A stretch of 64,000 bases of DNA from IMG/VR virus record IMGVR_UViG_3300032227_000570, positions 35,800-99,799 of that record, one strand, 5' to 3'. The translations under genes were made by a program, and so were the position numbers. Position 1 is the first letter of the stretch. Every line of letters starts with the position of its first letter. The notes under the pieces are model-generated. The model had not been told where the DNA came from and made no database searches. It saw nothing but the letters and a program-made list of their open reading frames with translations. Origin of the DNA: a virus. Its lineage: Duplodnaviria > Caudoviricetes. Of the stretch, positions 1 through 8,850 are shown piece after piece.

Positions 1-312
1 ACACTTCAACTTTGTCTTTGTCTTATCGTGACGAGTTGGTGTCCAATCCAGTTTGACCTCTACTGGGTCTGCCTGTCGTAGTGGTTCGTAACCTTCCCAT
101 GCAGGATGAATTACATACTTGTAACCCTCAAGGTCGTGAACAGTTGCGTTTCCTTCTTCATCCTTTGTAACAGTCTGATAGGTAGAAACGCTAACCTTTG
201 AGATACGTCCCATATCTTCTGGGTCTAATCCCTGCTTTTCTAGAAGTTCTTGAACTTTTTTGCGTTGCTGTATATCTGCAACCTCATTTTTAAACTCATC
301 ACTTAGCGACAT
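1..312 (-). CDS. Partial CDS running off the left edge; possibly the N-terminal region of a phage metallophosphoesterase-like protein
   Basis: Hand-translated open frame from ATG at 312 (MSLSDEFKNEVADIQQRKKVQELLEKQGLDPEDMGRISKVSVSTYQTVTKDEEG...) to base 1 with no stop. The function is from recalled similarity only; the catalytic part is not in the window. Confidence 0.5.
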   Translation of the reverse strand, partial: MSLSDEFKNEVADIQQRKKVQELLEKQGLDPEDMGRISKVSVSTYQTVTKDEEGNATVHDLEGYKYVIHPAWEGYEPLRQADPVEVKLDWTPTRHDKTKTKLKC

Positions 313-578
313 GCACATTTACCCTTCAGGTGGTGGCGGATAGTGTCCCTACTTATGTCAGTCATTGTTTGAAACTTCTCATGGATTTTTACATAGTTGG
401 GTTTCACAACATCATCGTGATTGGCTTTAATCCAAATATCAACCATTTCACGGTGTTCTGGTGAAAGGAAATCCAACCAGTCTCCAAAACGGCAACGCTT
501 TGTCTCTGGTAAATGAAGTGGGGTATTAAAAAAAGATTCGAACTGTTCTTCGCTTGGATACTGAAATGCTTTTGGCAT
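303..578 (-). CDS. Small hypothetical protein with C-terminal HH..CxC motif (possible metal/DNA-binding)
   Basis: 91-aa ORF with strong GGAGAGG SD; ends RHHLKGKCACR. Confidence 0.6.
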   Translation of the reverse strand: MPKAFQYPSEEQFESFFNTPLHLPETKRCRFGDWLDFLSPEHREMVDIWIKANHDDVVKPNYVKIHEKFQTMTDISRDTIRHHLKGKCACR

Positions 579-648
579 GTGTTCCTCTCCTAGAGATTTC
601 CTCTAAGAAATAGTACACGAAAAAAGCAAAGAACTTCTGGACGAGGAC

Positions 649-885
649 TTACTTTTCCTCACGTGTCGTACTTGAAGATTCGTCAAAGTTGTAGTACGAG
701 CCACGGGTCTGCTTTGAATAAGGAGCAGGGGTTCCATAAGGGTTGTTCTCATTCTTCCATGCAGTGCGTTGTTGAGCACTTGAAAGATTTTGGGAACCTA
801 AAGCAGACGGAGATGTCACGCCCTCATACTTATATGCTGAGAAGCGTGAATCACCTTCGTCTTGAGAAGATTGTCTCTTACTCAT
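649..885 (-). CDS. Hypothetical protein
   Basis: 78-aa ORF in operon orientation. Confidence 0.55.
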   Translation of the reverse strand: MSKRQSSQDEGDSRFSAYKYEGVTSPSALGSQNLSSAQQRTAWKNENNPYGTPAPYSKQTRGSYYNFDESSSTTREEK

Positions 886-894
886 AAAAGCAAA

Positions 895-1299
895 TTACAT
901 CATTGAGTTGTCAGAGCCGCTTGAGAAGTTCTGACGAGAACCCATTGTAGAAGGAACAATACGACCAGCAGACATTGTTGCTGCAGCCTCTGGAGAAGAG
1001 ACTGAGAACTTTGACTTGACACGGTATGCCGCACCTAGACGTTCTCCACCTGCGTTAAGAATAGCAGGACGACCGCCACTCTTTCCACCTGCGGTTGGGT
1101 CTGCTGCTTGTGTGTTTTTCTTAGGAACTAGTGTTCCCTTTACAGCACCAACAGCAAGTTTTGCACTTCCTGCAGTGATGTGTTGTTCAATAACGCTTGG
1201 AACGTCTACTGACGTATTCTTTCCTGCAGCGTCCATGTGGTTTGATGCTGCTCCTGCACGACGACGCATAGCGTGTCCCATCTTTCTGTAGTCTGACAT
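895..1299 (-). CDS. Hypothetical protein (Ala/Gly/Ser-rich, basic)
   Basis: 134-aa ORF with AAGGAG SD. Confidence 0.65.
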   Translation of the reverse strand: MSDYRKMGHAMRRRAGAASNHMDAAGKNTSVDVPSVIEQHITAGSAKLAVGAVKGTLVPKKNTQAADPTAGGKSGGRPAILNAGGERLGAAYRVKSKFSVSSPEAAATMSAGRIVPSTMGSRQNFSSGSDNSMM

Positions 1300-1337
1300 T
1301 GGAACTCCTTTGTGCCCTAAAAGAAGGATACCTTCTT

Positions 1338-1631
1338 TTAACTTGCTTGGATGCTAAACACGATGGCGGAGATTTCCCCGTCACGGCTTTCAATGGTTGT
1401 GAAACCTGGCTTGCAGGTTAGGTCTAGCCCTCTTGGGGCTACATATCCACGGGCAATGGCTAGGGCTTTAACTGCTTGGTTAACAGCACCTGCTCCTACG
1501 GCACGTAGTTTGACCTGACGGTCTGCGTACAAGGCATGAGCGATAGCGGAAGCAACGCTTTGTGGGTTGCTGCCAGCACTTACACGGAGAAACGGCTCTT
1601 CTGGAGAGACGATTGGTTCAACATTAGTCAC
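1338..1631 (-). CDS. spoVS: SpoVS-family (Alba-like fold) protein
   Basis: LRVSAGSNPQSVASAIA...AVGAGAVNQAVKALAIARGYVAP.G.DL.CKPGF...GEISAIVF matches the SpoVS signature. Confidence 0.9.
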   Translation of the reverse strand: MTNVEPIVSPEEPFLRVSAGSNPQSVASAIAHALYADRQVKLRAVGAGAVNQAVKALAIARGYVAPRGLDLTCKPGFTTIESRDGEISAIVFSIQAS

Positions 1632-1698
1632 GATTTATTATCCCTTTAGTTTGTGGTGCCCACCTAACCCCTAAAGGTAAAGAAAAACACCACCTACG

Positions 1699-2274
1699 TC
1701 AGTCTAAACGCTTCTCATCTCTATATTTTGGGTCAGACATTTGTTTAATTATTGCTTTTTCTACATCATTTATCCCAGTACCTGAGACTAACCTGGCTAA
1801 GGCGTAAGAGTCAGCAGCATTGTCGTCGCTAAACTCCACACCCCAACGCTTGTACATCTGCATCAGCATCTCTTGTTTTTTAGAGTTTCCTTTACCTGAC
1901 GCAAACTTCTTTAGGGTCATAGGGGCTACCTGCAACGGGAATATCTTGTCTCGTTCGTACAGTTCTAATTTAACGATGGCTGCTAACTCACCTAGTTTTA
2001 GAGCAGCAGGGGATTGTAAAACGCTACCTTCTATAGCAACATCAAGTATCTCGGCATTTAGTTCTTGGATGTAGTCAAGTGTGTCGCCTATCCACTCTTT
2101 AATATCTACAAGTCTTTCAATACCAAAGTACGGTGACTTATAAACCCATGTGTTGTATTGCTTTGGGTCTTTGGATGACAGGGCTGTTAAACCAAACCCA
2201 GTTAAGGATTGGTCAATGCCTATGTAAACGTCGTCTTTTCGGGTAAGACCGTTATCAAAGAATCTTGTAGGCAA
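1699..2274 (-). CDS. RuvC-like Holliday junction resolvase
   Basis: YIGIDQSLTGFG, VAIEG, PMTLKKFASGKGNSKKQEM, DDNAADSYALA motifs. Confidence 0.85.
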   Translation of the reverse strand: MPTRFFDNGLTRKDDVYIGIDQSLTGFGLTALSSKDPKQYNTWVYKSPYFGIERLVDIKEWIGDTLDYIQELNAEILDVAIEGSVLQSPAALKLGELAAIVKLELYERDKIFPLQVAPMTLKKFASGKGNSKKQEMLMQMYKRWGVEFSDDNAADSYALARLVSGTGINDVEKAIIKQMSDPKYRDEKRLD

Positions 2275-2779
2275 GGGTTTTCACTAGAAACTCTAACTGT
2301 TCTAGTGTCCCATCATTCTGTAGAACCTCGTCAAATGTGTAACCACTCATCTCCACTTCAGAGATGTGACTGTTAACAGCAGTTACGTCTGGACGTTCTA
2401 CACGCCAAATCTCTCCACCTAACATACGGATAGTGTCTGCTTCATTCTGGAATCTAACATCCGCAATTACGTAGTTCTTTTCTGGGTCTAAGTTGTTTAA
2501 CGCTGCTTCAATCCAAACACCTTCTCCAATTACTTTACGTGCAGCATACCCAAGAGACTGCAGTAACCCACGTACTTCTTCTTTTGCTTTAGCAACATCC
2601 CAACCGTACTCATCAACTAAAGGTACTAAGTTGTCAGAACCTATTTGTGGATTCATTGCATACAGAATCTCACGAATGGCATCTGCAAAAGCAACACGTT
2701 CGTAACCGCACTCTTTAACTAACGTTTCTGCAACGGTGTCTTTACCTGAACGAGCAAATCCTGATAAACCAATAATCAT
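2255..2779 (-). CDS. Deoxynucleoside monophosphate kinase
   Basis: IIGLSGFARSGKDT P-loop, AFADAIR, RGLLQSLG, VIADVRFQNEA, HISE. Confidence 0.85.
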   Translation of the reverse strand: MIIGLSGFARSGKDTVAETLVKECGYERVAFADAIREILYAMNPQIGSDNLVPLVDEYGWDVAKAKEEVRGLLQSLGYAARKVIGEGVWIEAALNNLDPEKNYVIADVRFQNEADTIRMLGGEIWRVERPDVTAVNSHISEVEMSGYTFDEVLQNDGTLEQLEFLVKTLAYKIL

Positions 2780-3264
2780 GCTGAGAACTTGTCCTTTCGC
2801 ATTGAACGGAAGTCAGAAGAACGACGAGTGATTTCACGTGAGACCAAAGCGGTATCTCGTTCTAGGTTGTAAAACATAACCTCAATCATTTTGCGATAGG
2901 CATACGCATCTTCCAACTTATCAGCCAAACCTAAAACCTTTGGGTCAATTGCAACCTCTGCCTTGATTGCAGTAACTCGTTCTCCAGTGGTCTTTTGACC
3001 CATACGAGTAACCATGATTCTTGCAGAAGCAGAGTCAACAGCCTTCTCTGCGTATCGTTCATCAACCTGTGCTGCAGACAACTGAGTAGCAATGTAGTTA
3101 GACCACGCAGTTAAACTGCTAAACAAATGGCTTAACTCTTCTCCGTCAAGGTCTGTGAGTTCCTTCGGCATAGTAGGAAACTCTGACTGCTTTGCAGCGT
3201 GGAAAAATCCTTGTTCTGTCAAAGCATCTACCGCTTTCTGTGAGGCTGGTCCAAACTTAAGCAT
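2776..3264 (-). CDS. Helical protein, possibly UvsY-like recombination mediator
   Basis: Coiled-coil-like sequence ending LVSREITRR, inside the RecA/nuclease cluster. Start placed at the ATG after a GGAG SD. Confidence 0.45.
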   Translation of the reverse strand: MLKFGPASQKAVDALTEQGFFHAAKQSEFPTMPKELTDLDGEELSHLFSSLTAWSNYIATQLSAAQVDERYAEKAVDSASARIMVTRMGQKTTGERVTAIKAEVAIDPKVLGLADKLEDAYAYRKMIEVMFYNLERDTALVSREITRRSSDFRSMRKDKFSA

Positions 3265-4096
3265 TGTTATCTCCAAACTGGTTGCACTGTTTACATCCTA
3301 GTGCACCGTTGTTGCTGCACTCAATAGGTGTTCCTGCTTTAAAAGCGTCAACTACAAGTTGGGCCTTTTCAAAGATAGGTGCAACAAACTCGTAGTCTGC
3401 TTTAATTGTGAACTCACGGTAATCCTGGTCTGCCTTGAGTTCGTAGATAAACACAATCTCTTTAGGAGCAGCATCACCGTGAACACGTTTTGCTAACTCT
3501 AGATACATTTGACCCTGCAAAATGTGAGTTCTAAATGGGCGACGAATACTCCTCCACGCTTTAGTTAAATCACCGTCTGCTTTTGCAAGTAACTCAGGGG
3601 CTTCAAAACGTAGAGTTCCTGCACCAATCGATTTAATCTCAATTAAGCAGTCATCTCCAATCCCTTTAATCCAACCATCGGCGTGACCTGCAATCATTAG
3701 TTCAGGAAGAACTAAAGGCACTTCTTTATAAACCTTGCTAAGTTGTCCTGCAAGGTCCTTAGAGGTTGCCCATGTCATGTTGTCGTCACGTCCAAACTGC
3801 CAAAGTCCGTACAACACACCCATCTCACTAAACCAGTTCTGCCACTTAGCATGGATGCTGTGGCCTTCATCAAAGATAGATTGCAAACGCAGGTTTGCTT
3901 TGTCTTTCTTTACTGGTGCACCTGTAAGTGCAAAGTAAGAGGCTCTTAGACACCAGTCTGATTTAACCATCTCAGAAGGATGCAACACGGTCGTTGAACG
4001 TACCTCTGGTGGTCGTGACATCAAGTGTCGTTCAATGTCGCCAATGAGACGAGGGTTTGTCTTCTTAGCGTCTAAGAACTTCTTTAGGTCTGTCAT
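3257..4096 (-). CDS. Cas4-like PD-(D/E)XK exonuclease
   Basis: HPSE..C.R, G.SIH, GHADG, LIEIKS, QGQMY and C-terminal C...CKQC (four-Cys Fe-S pattern). Confidence 0.8.
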   Translation of the reverse strand: MTDLKKFLDAKKTNPRLIGDIERHLMSRPPEVRSTTVLHPSEMVKSDWCLRASYFALTGAPVKKDKANLRLQSIFDEGHSIHAKWQNWFSEMGVLYGLWQFGRDDNMTWATSKDLAGQLSKVYKEVPLVLPELMIAGHADGWIKGIGDDCLIEIKSIGAGTLRFEAPELLAKADGDLTKAWRSIRRPFRTHILQGQMYLELAKRVHGDAAPKEIVFIYELKADQDYREFTIKADYEFVAPIFEKAQLVVDAFKAGTPIECSNNGALGCKQCNQFGDNNA

Positions 4097-4413
4097 TCAG
4101 TTTCCAATCTCAAGATGTACTCTTTTAAAGTCATCTGCTTTTTGTAGGACTTCTTCCACTTTCTTACTTGAGCGTTTCTTTCACGATGTGAAAGTCCTCC
4201 CCAAATGCCGTGTGGCTCATCCCTTTCTACAGCATCCCACAGACATTCATTTCGTACTGGACACGGCGTTTTGCCGTTTTCCCCAAAACAAAATGTTTTA
4301 GCCCTGTCTGCAATAACTGTGTATAACTCTTTGTCACGAGGTGGGTAAAAGGTGTCAGTGTCCTCTCCCTTGCACTTTGCCTTATACCGCCATGCGTAAG
4401 ACGGTTCATCCAT
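4093..4413 (-). CDS. whiB: WhiB-family transcription factor
   Basis: W...AKC.G.D...FYP, AK.FC, CPVRNECL..A, HGIWGGLS.RER. Confidence 0.92.
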   Translation of the reverse strand: MDEPSYAWRYKAKCKGEDTDTFYPPRDKELYTVIADRAKTFCFGENGKTPCPVRNECLWDAVERDEPHGIWGGLSHRERNAQVRKWKKSYKKQMTLKEYILRLETE

Positions 4414-4416
4414 TTG

Positions 4417-4737
4417 TTACGATTCCTTTTCAATGGTCTCTCTCATTTCTAGGTAATCGTCTTCAAGGAGAACCACGTAGTTCTCCCCATCTAAATGCAA
4501 ACCGAGTACGGGTGTTCGGCTATCTAGTATTGCCTCTCTCGTTATCTTCTTTAGAACCTCTGACTTAATGGTGACTTGCTTTTTGCCTGTCCACTTGTGT
4601 TCAATCAAAAGGTCTTTAGAACGGACATCGCCCTTCCTTGACCAGAAAGCACCAGAAGCAGCAGTCCGAGAACCGTCAACTTTTTTTGCTAAACGGTTTT
4701 CGTGTTTGCGTGATTGCTTCTGGCCTTCTGACTTCAT
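4417..4737 (-). CDS. Hjc-like PD-(D/E)XK nuclease / resolvase
   Basis: HE..LA, ASGA...KGDV, LIEHK.T.KK. Confidence 0.7.
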   Translation of the reverse strand: MKSEGQKQSRKHENRLAKKVDGSRTAASGAFWSRKGDVRSKDLLIEHKWTGKKQVTIKSEVLKKITREAILDSRTPVLGLHLDGENYVVLLEDDYLEMRETIEKES

Positions 4738-4952
4738 TAGTCCTCAAGCATGTGTGACTTGTGGTGACCAATGGCGGCAATTGTCAGTGCAACTGTTTCT
4801 GCAGTGGACTGTACTGTTACCGATAAATCTTCTGGGTGCATCTTATCGTGCAGATGCTTACCCGTTACATAGGTATCAGAGTTCTTTACGACCTCTGTAA
4901 GAATGGTTAGGTACTGGTCCATAGACAAGTACCACTTAGGTTCTTTAGCCAA
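4737..4952 (-). CDS. Hypothetical protein
   Basis: 71-aa ORF filling the gap, overlapping both neighbours. Confidence 0.55.
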   Translation of the reverse strand: MAKEPKWYLSMDQYLTILTEVVKNSDTYVTGKHLHDKMHPEDLSVTVQSTAETVALTIAAIGHHKSHMLED

Positions 4953-5964
4953 GTTCCAACACCTTCTTTGCTAGTTCTTCTTTGAGTTCAATCTCTTCTC
5001 GGATACTTGCAATGAGTGCATCTGTGCCTTGCCACTTACGTTCACCGTAGTAGTACCAAGCACCCTTACGCTCTACTATCTCATTGAGCACTGACATCGC
5101 TGCAATTTCCTTGGCAAAATCATACTCTCCTGGAGCACAATCTCCTCCTGGGGCAAAGTAGAAATCAAAGTAAGCCACACGCTGTGGTGGTGCTGTCTTG
5201 TTCTTTAAACTGCGAACCTTGATGACTTGACCAATACGGGTCTTGTTACCGCTAGGACCAATCTCAATCCACTCATCTCTACGAACCTCACAACGAGTAA
5301 AGAAGGCATAGTTCTTTCCTTCTCCTCCAGGAGTTGTACGAGGGTCGCCGTGCATTACGCCAATCTTCATACGGTATTGGTTAATTACGATACCCAGTAC
5401 GGCACGTTCATCCTCTACCAAACTTCTTTTAATGGCTGAACCAACAACTCTAAAGAACTTATTGGTGAGCAAGGCTCCACGACCTACGGTCATCTCATCC
5501 ATGTTCTTCTCCATTTCAGGAGCAGGTGAGAGGGCTGGTAGGGAGTCAATAACAATTGCATCTACAGCCTTAGACTCAGCAAAAGCAATCACTGCGTCAT
5601 AGGCTTCTTCCATAATGTTGGTTTCAATAACAATTACTTTGCTGGTGTCAACACCACACATCTCTGCGTACTCTGGAACCCATTGCTCTGCAGCAACCCA
5701 CACAGTTGTGTGTTCTGGGTTTAGTTTTTGATTAGCAGCAATCGTCTTTAATGCTACGGCTGTTTTTCCGTGTGAGGATTCTCCGATGAGTTCATTCCAC
5801 TGGTTTCCAGGAAATCCTCCTCCAAGGACGTAATCCAATGTAGTAGAACCACTGGTAATGCGAGGAATAAGGTCAGCCCTAATATCAGACCCGACCACAA
5901 CGACGTTCTCACCAAACCGTTTATTAAGTTGTGCTGCGACTTTTCTTGCTTCATCATTTATCAT
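4945..5964 (-). CDS. recA: RecA/UvsX recombinase
   Basis: TGSTTLDYVLGGGFP, GESSHGKT Walker A, IVIDSLPAL, INQYRMKIGVMHGDPRTTPGG, KNKTAPP. Confidence 0.95.
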   Translation of the reverse strand: MINDEARKVAAQLNKRFGENVVVVGSDIRADLIPRITSGSTTLDYVLGGGFPGNQWNELIGESSHGKTAVALKTIAANQKLNPEHTTVWVAAEQWVPEYAEMCGVDTSKVIVIETNIMEEAYDAVIAFAESKAVDAIVIDSLPALSPAPEMEKNMDEMTVGRGALLTNKFFRVVGSAIKRSLVEDERAVLGIVINQYRMKIGVMHGDPRTTPGGEGKNYAFFTRCEVRRDEWIEIGPSGNKTRIGQVIKVRSLKNKTAPPQRVAYFDFYFAPGGDCAPGEYDFAKEIAAMSVLNEIVERKGAWYYYGERKWQGTDALIASIREEIELKEELAKKVLELG

Positions 5965-6335
5965 CCGTCAATTCTTCCTATGATGCCTTGTGGATTCCAG
6001 TTGCTTGTAACGTCGTTTCCAATAGAGGACTTTGTAGTTCCTTCAACCTTTGCACCTGTAAGTGCTCCGTACCTAGAACCCGATTGACTAATTGGGTATC
6101 CGCAGTCGTAGCAACGAGGTGCTGAGTTCTGTACTGCCATGTAATTATTGGAATTACATTCAGGACAAGTCTGTGTTTGTTGAGCACTTCCTATTCTCAA
6201 CTGAGGTGTTTGAGGTTGTGGTGCTTCGTACCGTGTCATGGGCTGTTGAGATGGTGGCATAGGTGGTGACACGTCCTGACGTTGTGCAGGAGCGTTTCCC
6301 TGCAATTGTCTTGCCCACCAGTCTGCACTGCTCAT
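5961..6335 (-). CDS. Zinc-ribbon hypothetical protein
   Basis: CPECNS...RCYDCGY after a Pro/Gln-rich N-terminus. Confidence 0.65.
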   Translation of the reverse strand: MSSADWWARQLQGNAPAQRQDVSPPMPPSQQPMTRYEAPQPQTPQLRIGSAQQTQTCPECNSNNYMAVQNSAPRCYDCGYPISQSGSRYGALTGAKVEGTTKSSIGNDVTSNWNPQGIIGRIDG

Positions 6336-6775
6336 CTTGGTCTCCTTGGTCCTACGCTTAATAACCTTAAATCTACCATCTGGGAAATAGACCCTAGCAC
6401 AGCCCCCAACATCATCTGATGATTGTGTGTAACCATGCGTGTCCAGACTTCATCAGGGACTTGGCTTAGGTCTCCTGAGATGCTTGTCTTTTCTAACTCC
6501 ATACTGGACTTAGCAATAGCAAAAGTCTGAGCAATAATGAGGGGTGTCAGATGCTCTACTCGTTTAATTCGTTTATCACTTGCTGCTTGCTCCATTTCAG
6601 CAACTTCATCGCTAACCATGGATGTGCCTGATAAAACACTTAAAGCAAAGGCTTCTTTAAACTGTGCGTCTAAATACAAACCACGAATACGGGACATCAC
6701 TTCTGTAGTTAACTCATCTAAAGTTAACTCTGGGTCTTTCTTTTTCTTAAACCAACTCACTTTGCTTCTCCCCAT
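6332..6775 (-). CDS. Hypothetical protein
   Basis: 147-aa ORF overlapping the polymerase stop; true start may be the GTG near 6760. Confidence 0.6.
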   Translation of the reverse strand: MGRSKVSWFKKKKDPELTLDELTTEVMSRIRGLYLDAQFKEAFALSVLSGTSMVSDEVAEMEQAASDKRIKRVEHLTPLIIAQTFAIAKSSMELEKTSISGDLSQVPDEVWTRMVTHNHQMMLGAVLGSISQMVDLRLLSVGPRRPR

Positions 6776-8769
6776 TTCTGGACAACATAGGTTTCTGCAA
6801 TCAAGGGAACAATCATGTCTGGAAGTTTAACACCTTCCATAGATGACTTAATTGCTGCAGCAGTCTCCTCAACCAAGTGGTCTGGAGTAATAGTCACAAG
6901 TTCATCGTGAACTGTAAGAAGAACATTAACTTCTGGCTCATCAACAAAACATGAGTGTGCTCTAACCATAGCCAACTTAATTAGGTCAGCAGCAGAACCC
7001 TGAATAACTGTGTTAAATGCTTGTCGTTCTGCTCGTGACTTTTGCCCCAAGTCTTTGTTCAACAATTCTGGAATATATCGTCTACGCCCTAGAACTGTTG
7101 AGACATACGGGAGTGGTCGTTGTTGACGAGCAAGACGGATGACTCTTTCTCTGTAGTTGTTTACAGAAGAGAACGAGTCATTAAAGCGGTCCATCAACTG
7201 ATGAGACTCTTTAACCGTACAGCCAATCTGGTCTGCAATCTTTTCTGGACCAATACCGTAAGCAATAGCAAGTACAAGTACCTTTCCTGCTTTACGGTCT
7301 ACGCCCATGCTCTCACCAATAGTTGTGTAGATGTCTCCACCCTCTAAATAGTTCTTAACCATTCGTGGGTCACGAGAAAACGATGCAATGATTCGTGGCT
7401 CAATCTGAGAGTAGTCAGCAACTACTAACTTGTACCCAGGGGGTGCGATAAACAAGTTACGGATTAACTTGCCGTACTCACCACCGTTAGGAATGTTCTG
7501 CAGGTTTGGTTCACTACTGGAGAAACGCCCAGTCTCAGCACCGTGGGATTTAAAGTTCGTGTGAACCTTTCCGTTTACCAACAAACTCTGTCGCTCTGTG
7601 GTTTTTGATTTACCCGCTGTAGTTCTTGTTACTGAACCACCAGTGTAAGGAGTTACATAGGTTGTCATGATTTTGTTTAAGTCTTGGTACTTCATGATTG
7701 CTCCCACCAGTGGGTCTTTCTCACGGTAGTACTCAAGTGCTTCTGCACTTACAGAATAGTGTTGGGGACCAACCTCAACCCCACTCTTCACTGCTTCTAA
7801 TCCTTTAGGTGTAAGAGCAATCTTGATTGTCTTGTTAGGACGAATACCACGACCGCCTTCTGACTTTGGAGTAAAGAGGATGTTTTGCTTTTCAGGAATC
7901 GAGTTCATGTGGAACTCTTTACCTGCAAGTTTGTAGGCTTCCCCAGTTACTTTAACAAGGTCCTTTTCAATCTGCTTACGAAGGCTTTCAAGTTCTTCCT
8001 CGTCAATAGTCGCACCTGCTAACTCCATGTCAGCCAGTACAAGCATGAGGTCCATCTCTAAACGCCAAACAGTAAGCATGTCACGCTCTTTAAGTCGTTG
8101 GTCATACACCTTGTACAACTTCCAAGTGGACTCAGCATCTATTGCTGCATACTTAGCAACTTCACTAAAAGCGTGTCTTTCAACGGCTTTACCTACACCC
8201 TTAACAACAACAAGCCCCAACTCTCTCTCAGAACAGGCTGCAAGTCCTAGGTTGTTCTTAGTGCGGTTATCTAAAATAAACGAAGCCATCATTGTGTCAA
8301 AGTACGGCTTTGGACAAACTACTCCTCGGTAGTACTTAGCAATTGCTTTGAGGTCGAACTTAATGTTGTGTCCGACTTTTGTTTTGTCACTAAACAGTAA
8401 AGGCTTGAGTGCTTTAAACACATCCCCTGGAAGGAGTTGTGTTGGTGCTGCGTCAAAAACTGGTGTCCAGTTATCTTCTCGCTTTGAGTAATCCTGTTCA
8501 CGAATTTCCTTTCCTTCTGCTAAACGCTTTTCTCCAGAAGCAAGTAAAGGCTTATCCCAATGAAGGAACTCTCCGTTTGGATGTCCCATAGGTATGACAT
8601 CCACACGACCTTCTGTAGCAAAAGCAATCCAAGTTACTTCGTTAAGAAGCGGATGCAGTCGTGAGAAGTCATCAGGTCCAACGGTTTCTACGTCAAAAGC
8701 AAAAGCGGGTTCTTTTAAGTAAGCGTTGACCATCTCAGTCAATGCTTCTGTGGTTGTAATAATGTTCAT
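6757..8769 (-). CDS. polA: Family A DNA polymerase with 3'-5' exonuclease
   Basis: FAFDVET, GHNIKFD, YAAIDA (Exo I-III); TGRFSSSEPNLQNIP; DYSQIEPR; RKAGKVLVLAIAYG; VHDE. Start moved to ATG 8769 after an AAAGGAG SD. Confidence 0.95.
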   Translation of the reverse strand: MNIITTTEALTEMVNAYLKEPAFAFDVETVGPDDFSRLHPLLNEVTWIAFATEGRVDVIPMGHPNGEFLHWDKPLLASGEKRLAEGKEIREQDYSKREDNWTPVFDAAPTQLLPGDVFKALKPLLFSDKTKVGHNIKFDLKAIAKYYRGVVCPKPYFDTMMASFILDNRTKNNLGLAACSERELGLVVVKGVGKAVERHAFSEVAKYAAIDAESTWKLYKVYDQRLKERDMLTVWRLEMDLMLVLADMELAGATIDEEELESLRKQIEKDLVKVTGEAYKLAGKEFHMNSIPEKQNILFTPKSEGGRGIRPNKTIKIALTPKGLEAVKSGVEVGPQHYSVSAEALEYYREKDPLVGAIMKYQDLNKIMTTYVTPYTGGSVTRTTAGKSKTTERQSLLVNGKVHTNFKSHGAETGRFSSSEPNLQNIPNGGEYGKLIRNLFIAPPGYKLVVADYSQIEPRIIASFSRDPRMVKNYLEGGDIYTTIGESMGVDRKAGKVLVLAIAYGIGPEKIADQIGCTVKESHQLMDRFNDSFSSVNNYRERVIRLARQQRPLPYVSTVLGRRRYIPELLNKDLGQKSRAERQAFNTVIQGSAADLIKLAMVRAHSCFVDEPEVNVLLTVHDELVTITPDHLVEETAAAIKSSMEGVKLPDMIVPLIAETYVVQKWGEAK

Positions 8770-8787
8770 AATGCTCCTTTTGATAAT

Positions 8788-8827
8788 GTGGTGGGTTAGC
8801 GGAATCCGCACACTGCTAACCCACCAC
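8788..8827 (-). promoter_or_regulatory. 13-bp perfect hairpin just upstream of the polymerase SD
   Basis: gtggtgggttagc (8788-8800) / gctaacccaccac (8815-8827). Confidence 0.6.
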
Positions 8828-8850
8828 GTGGGACTAATCGCTAATGGGGG

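Noticed and set aside
3257-4096. Cas4-like gene as part of a CRISPR-Cas system
   Set aside because: No array or other cas genes; solo Cas4-like nucleases are common in phage recombination modules
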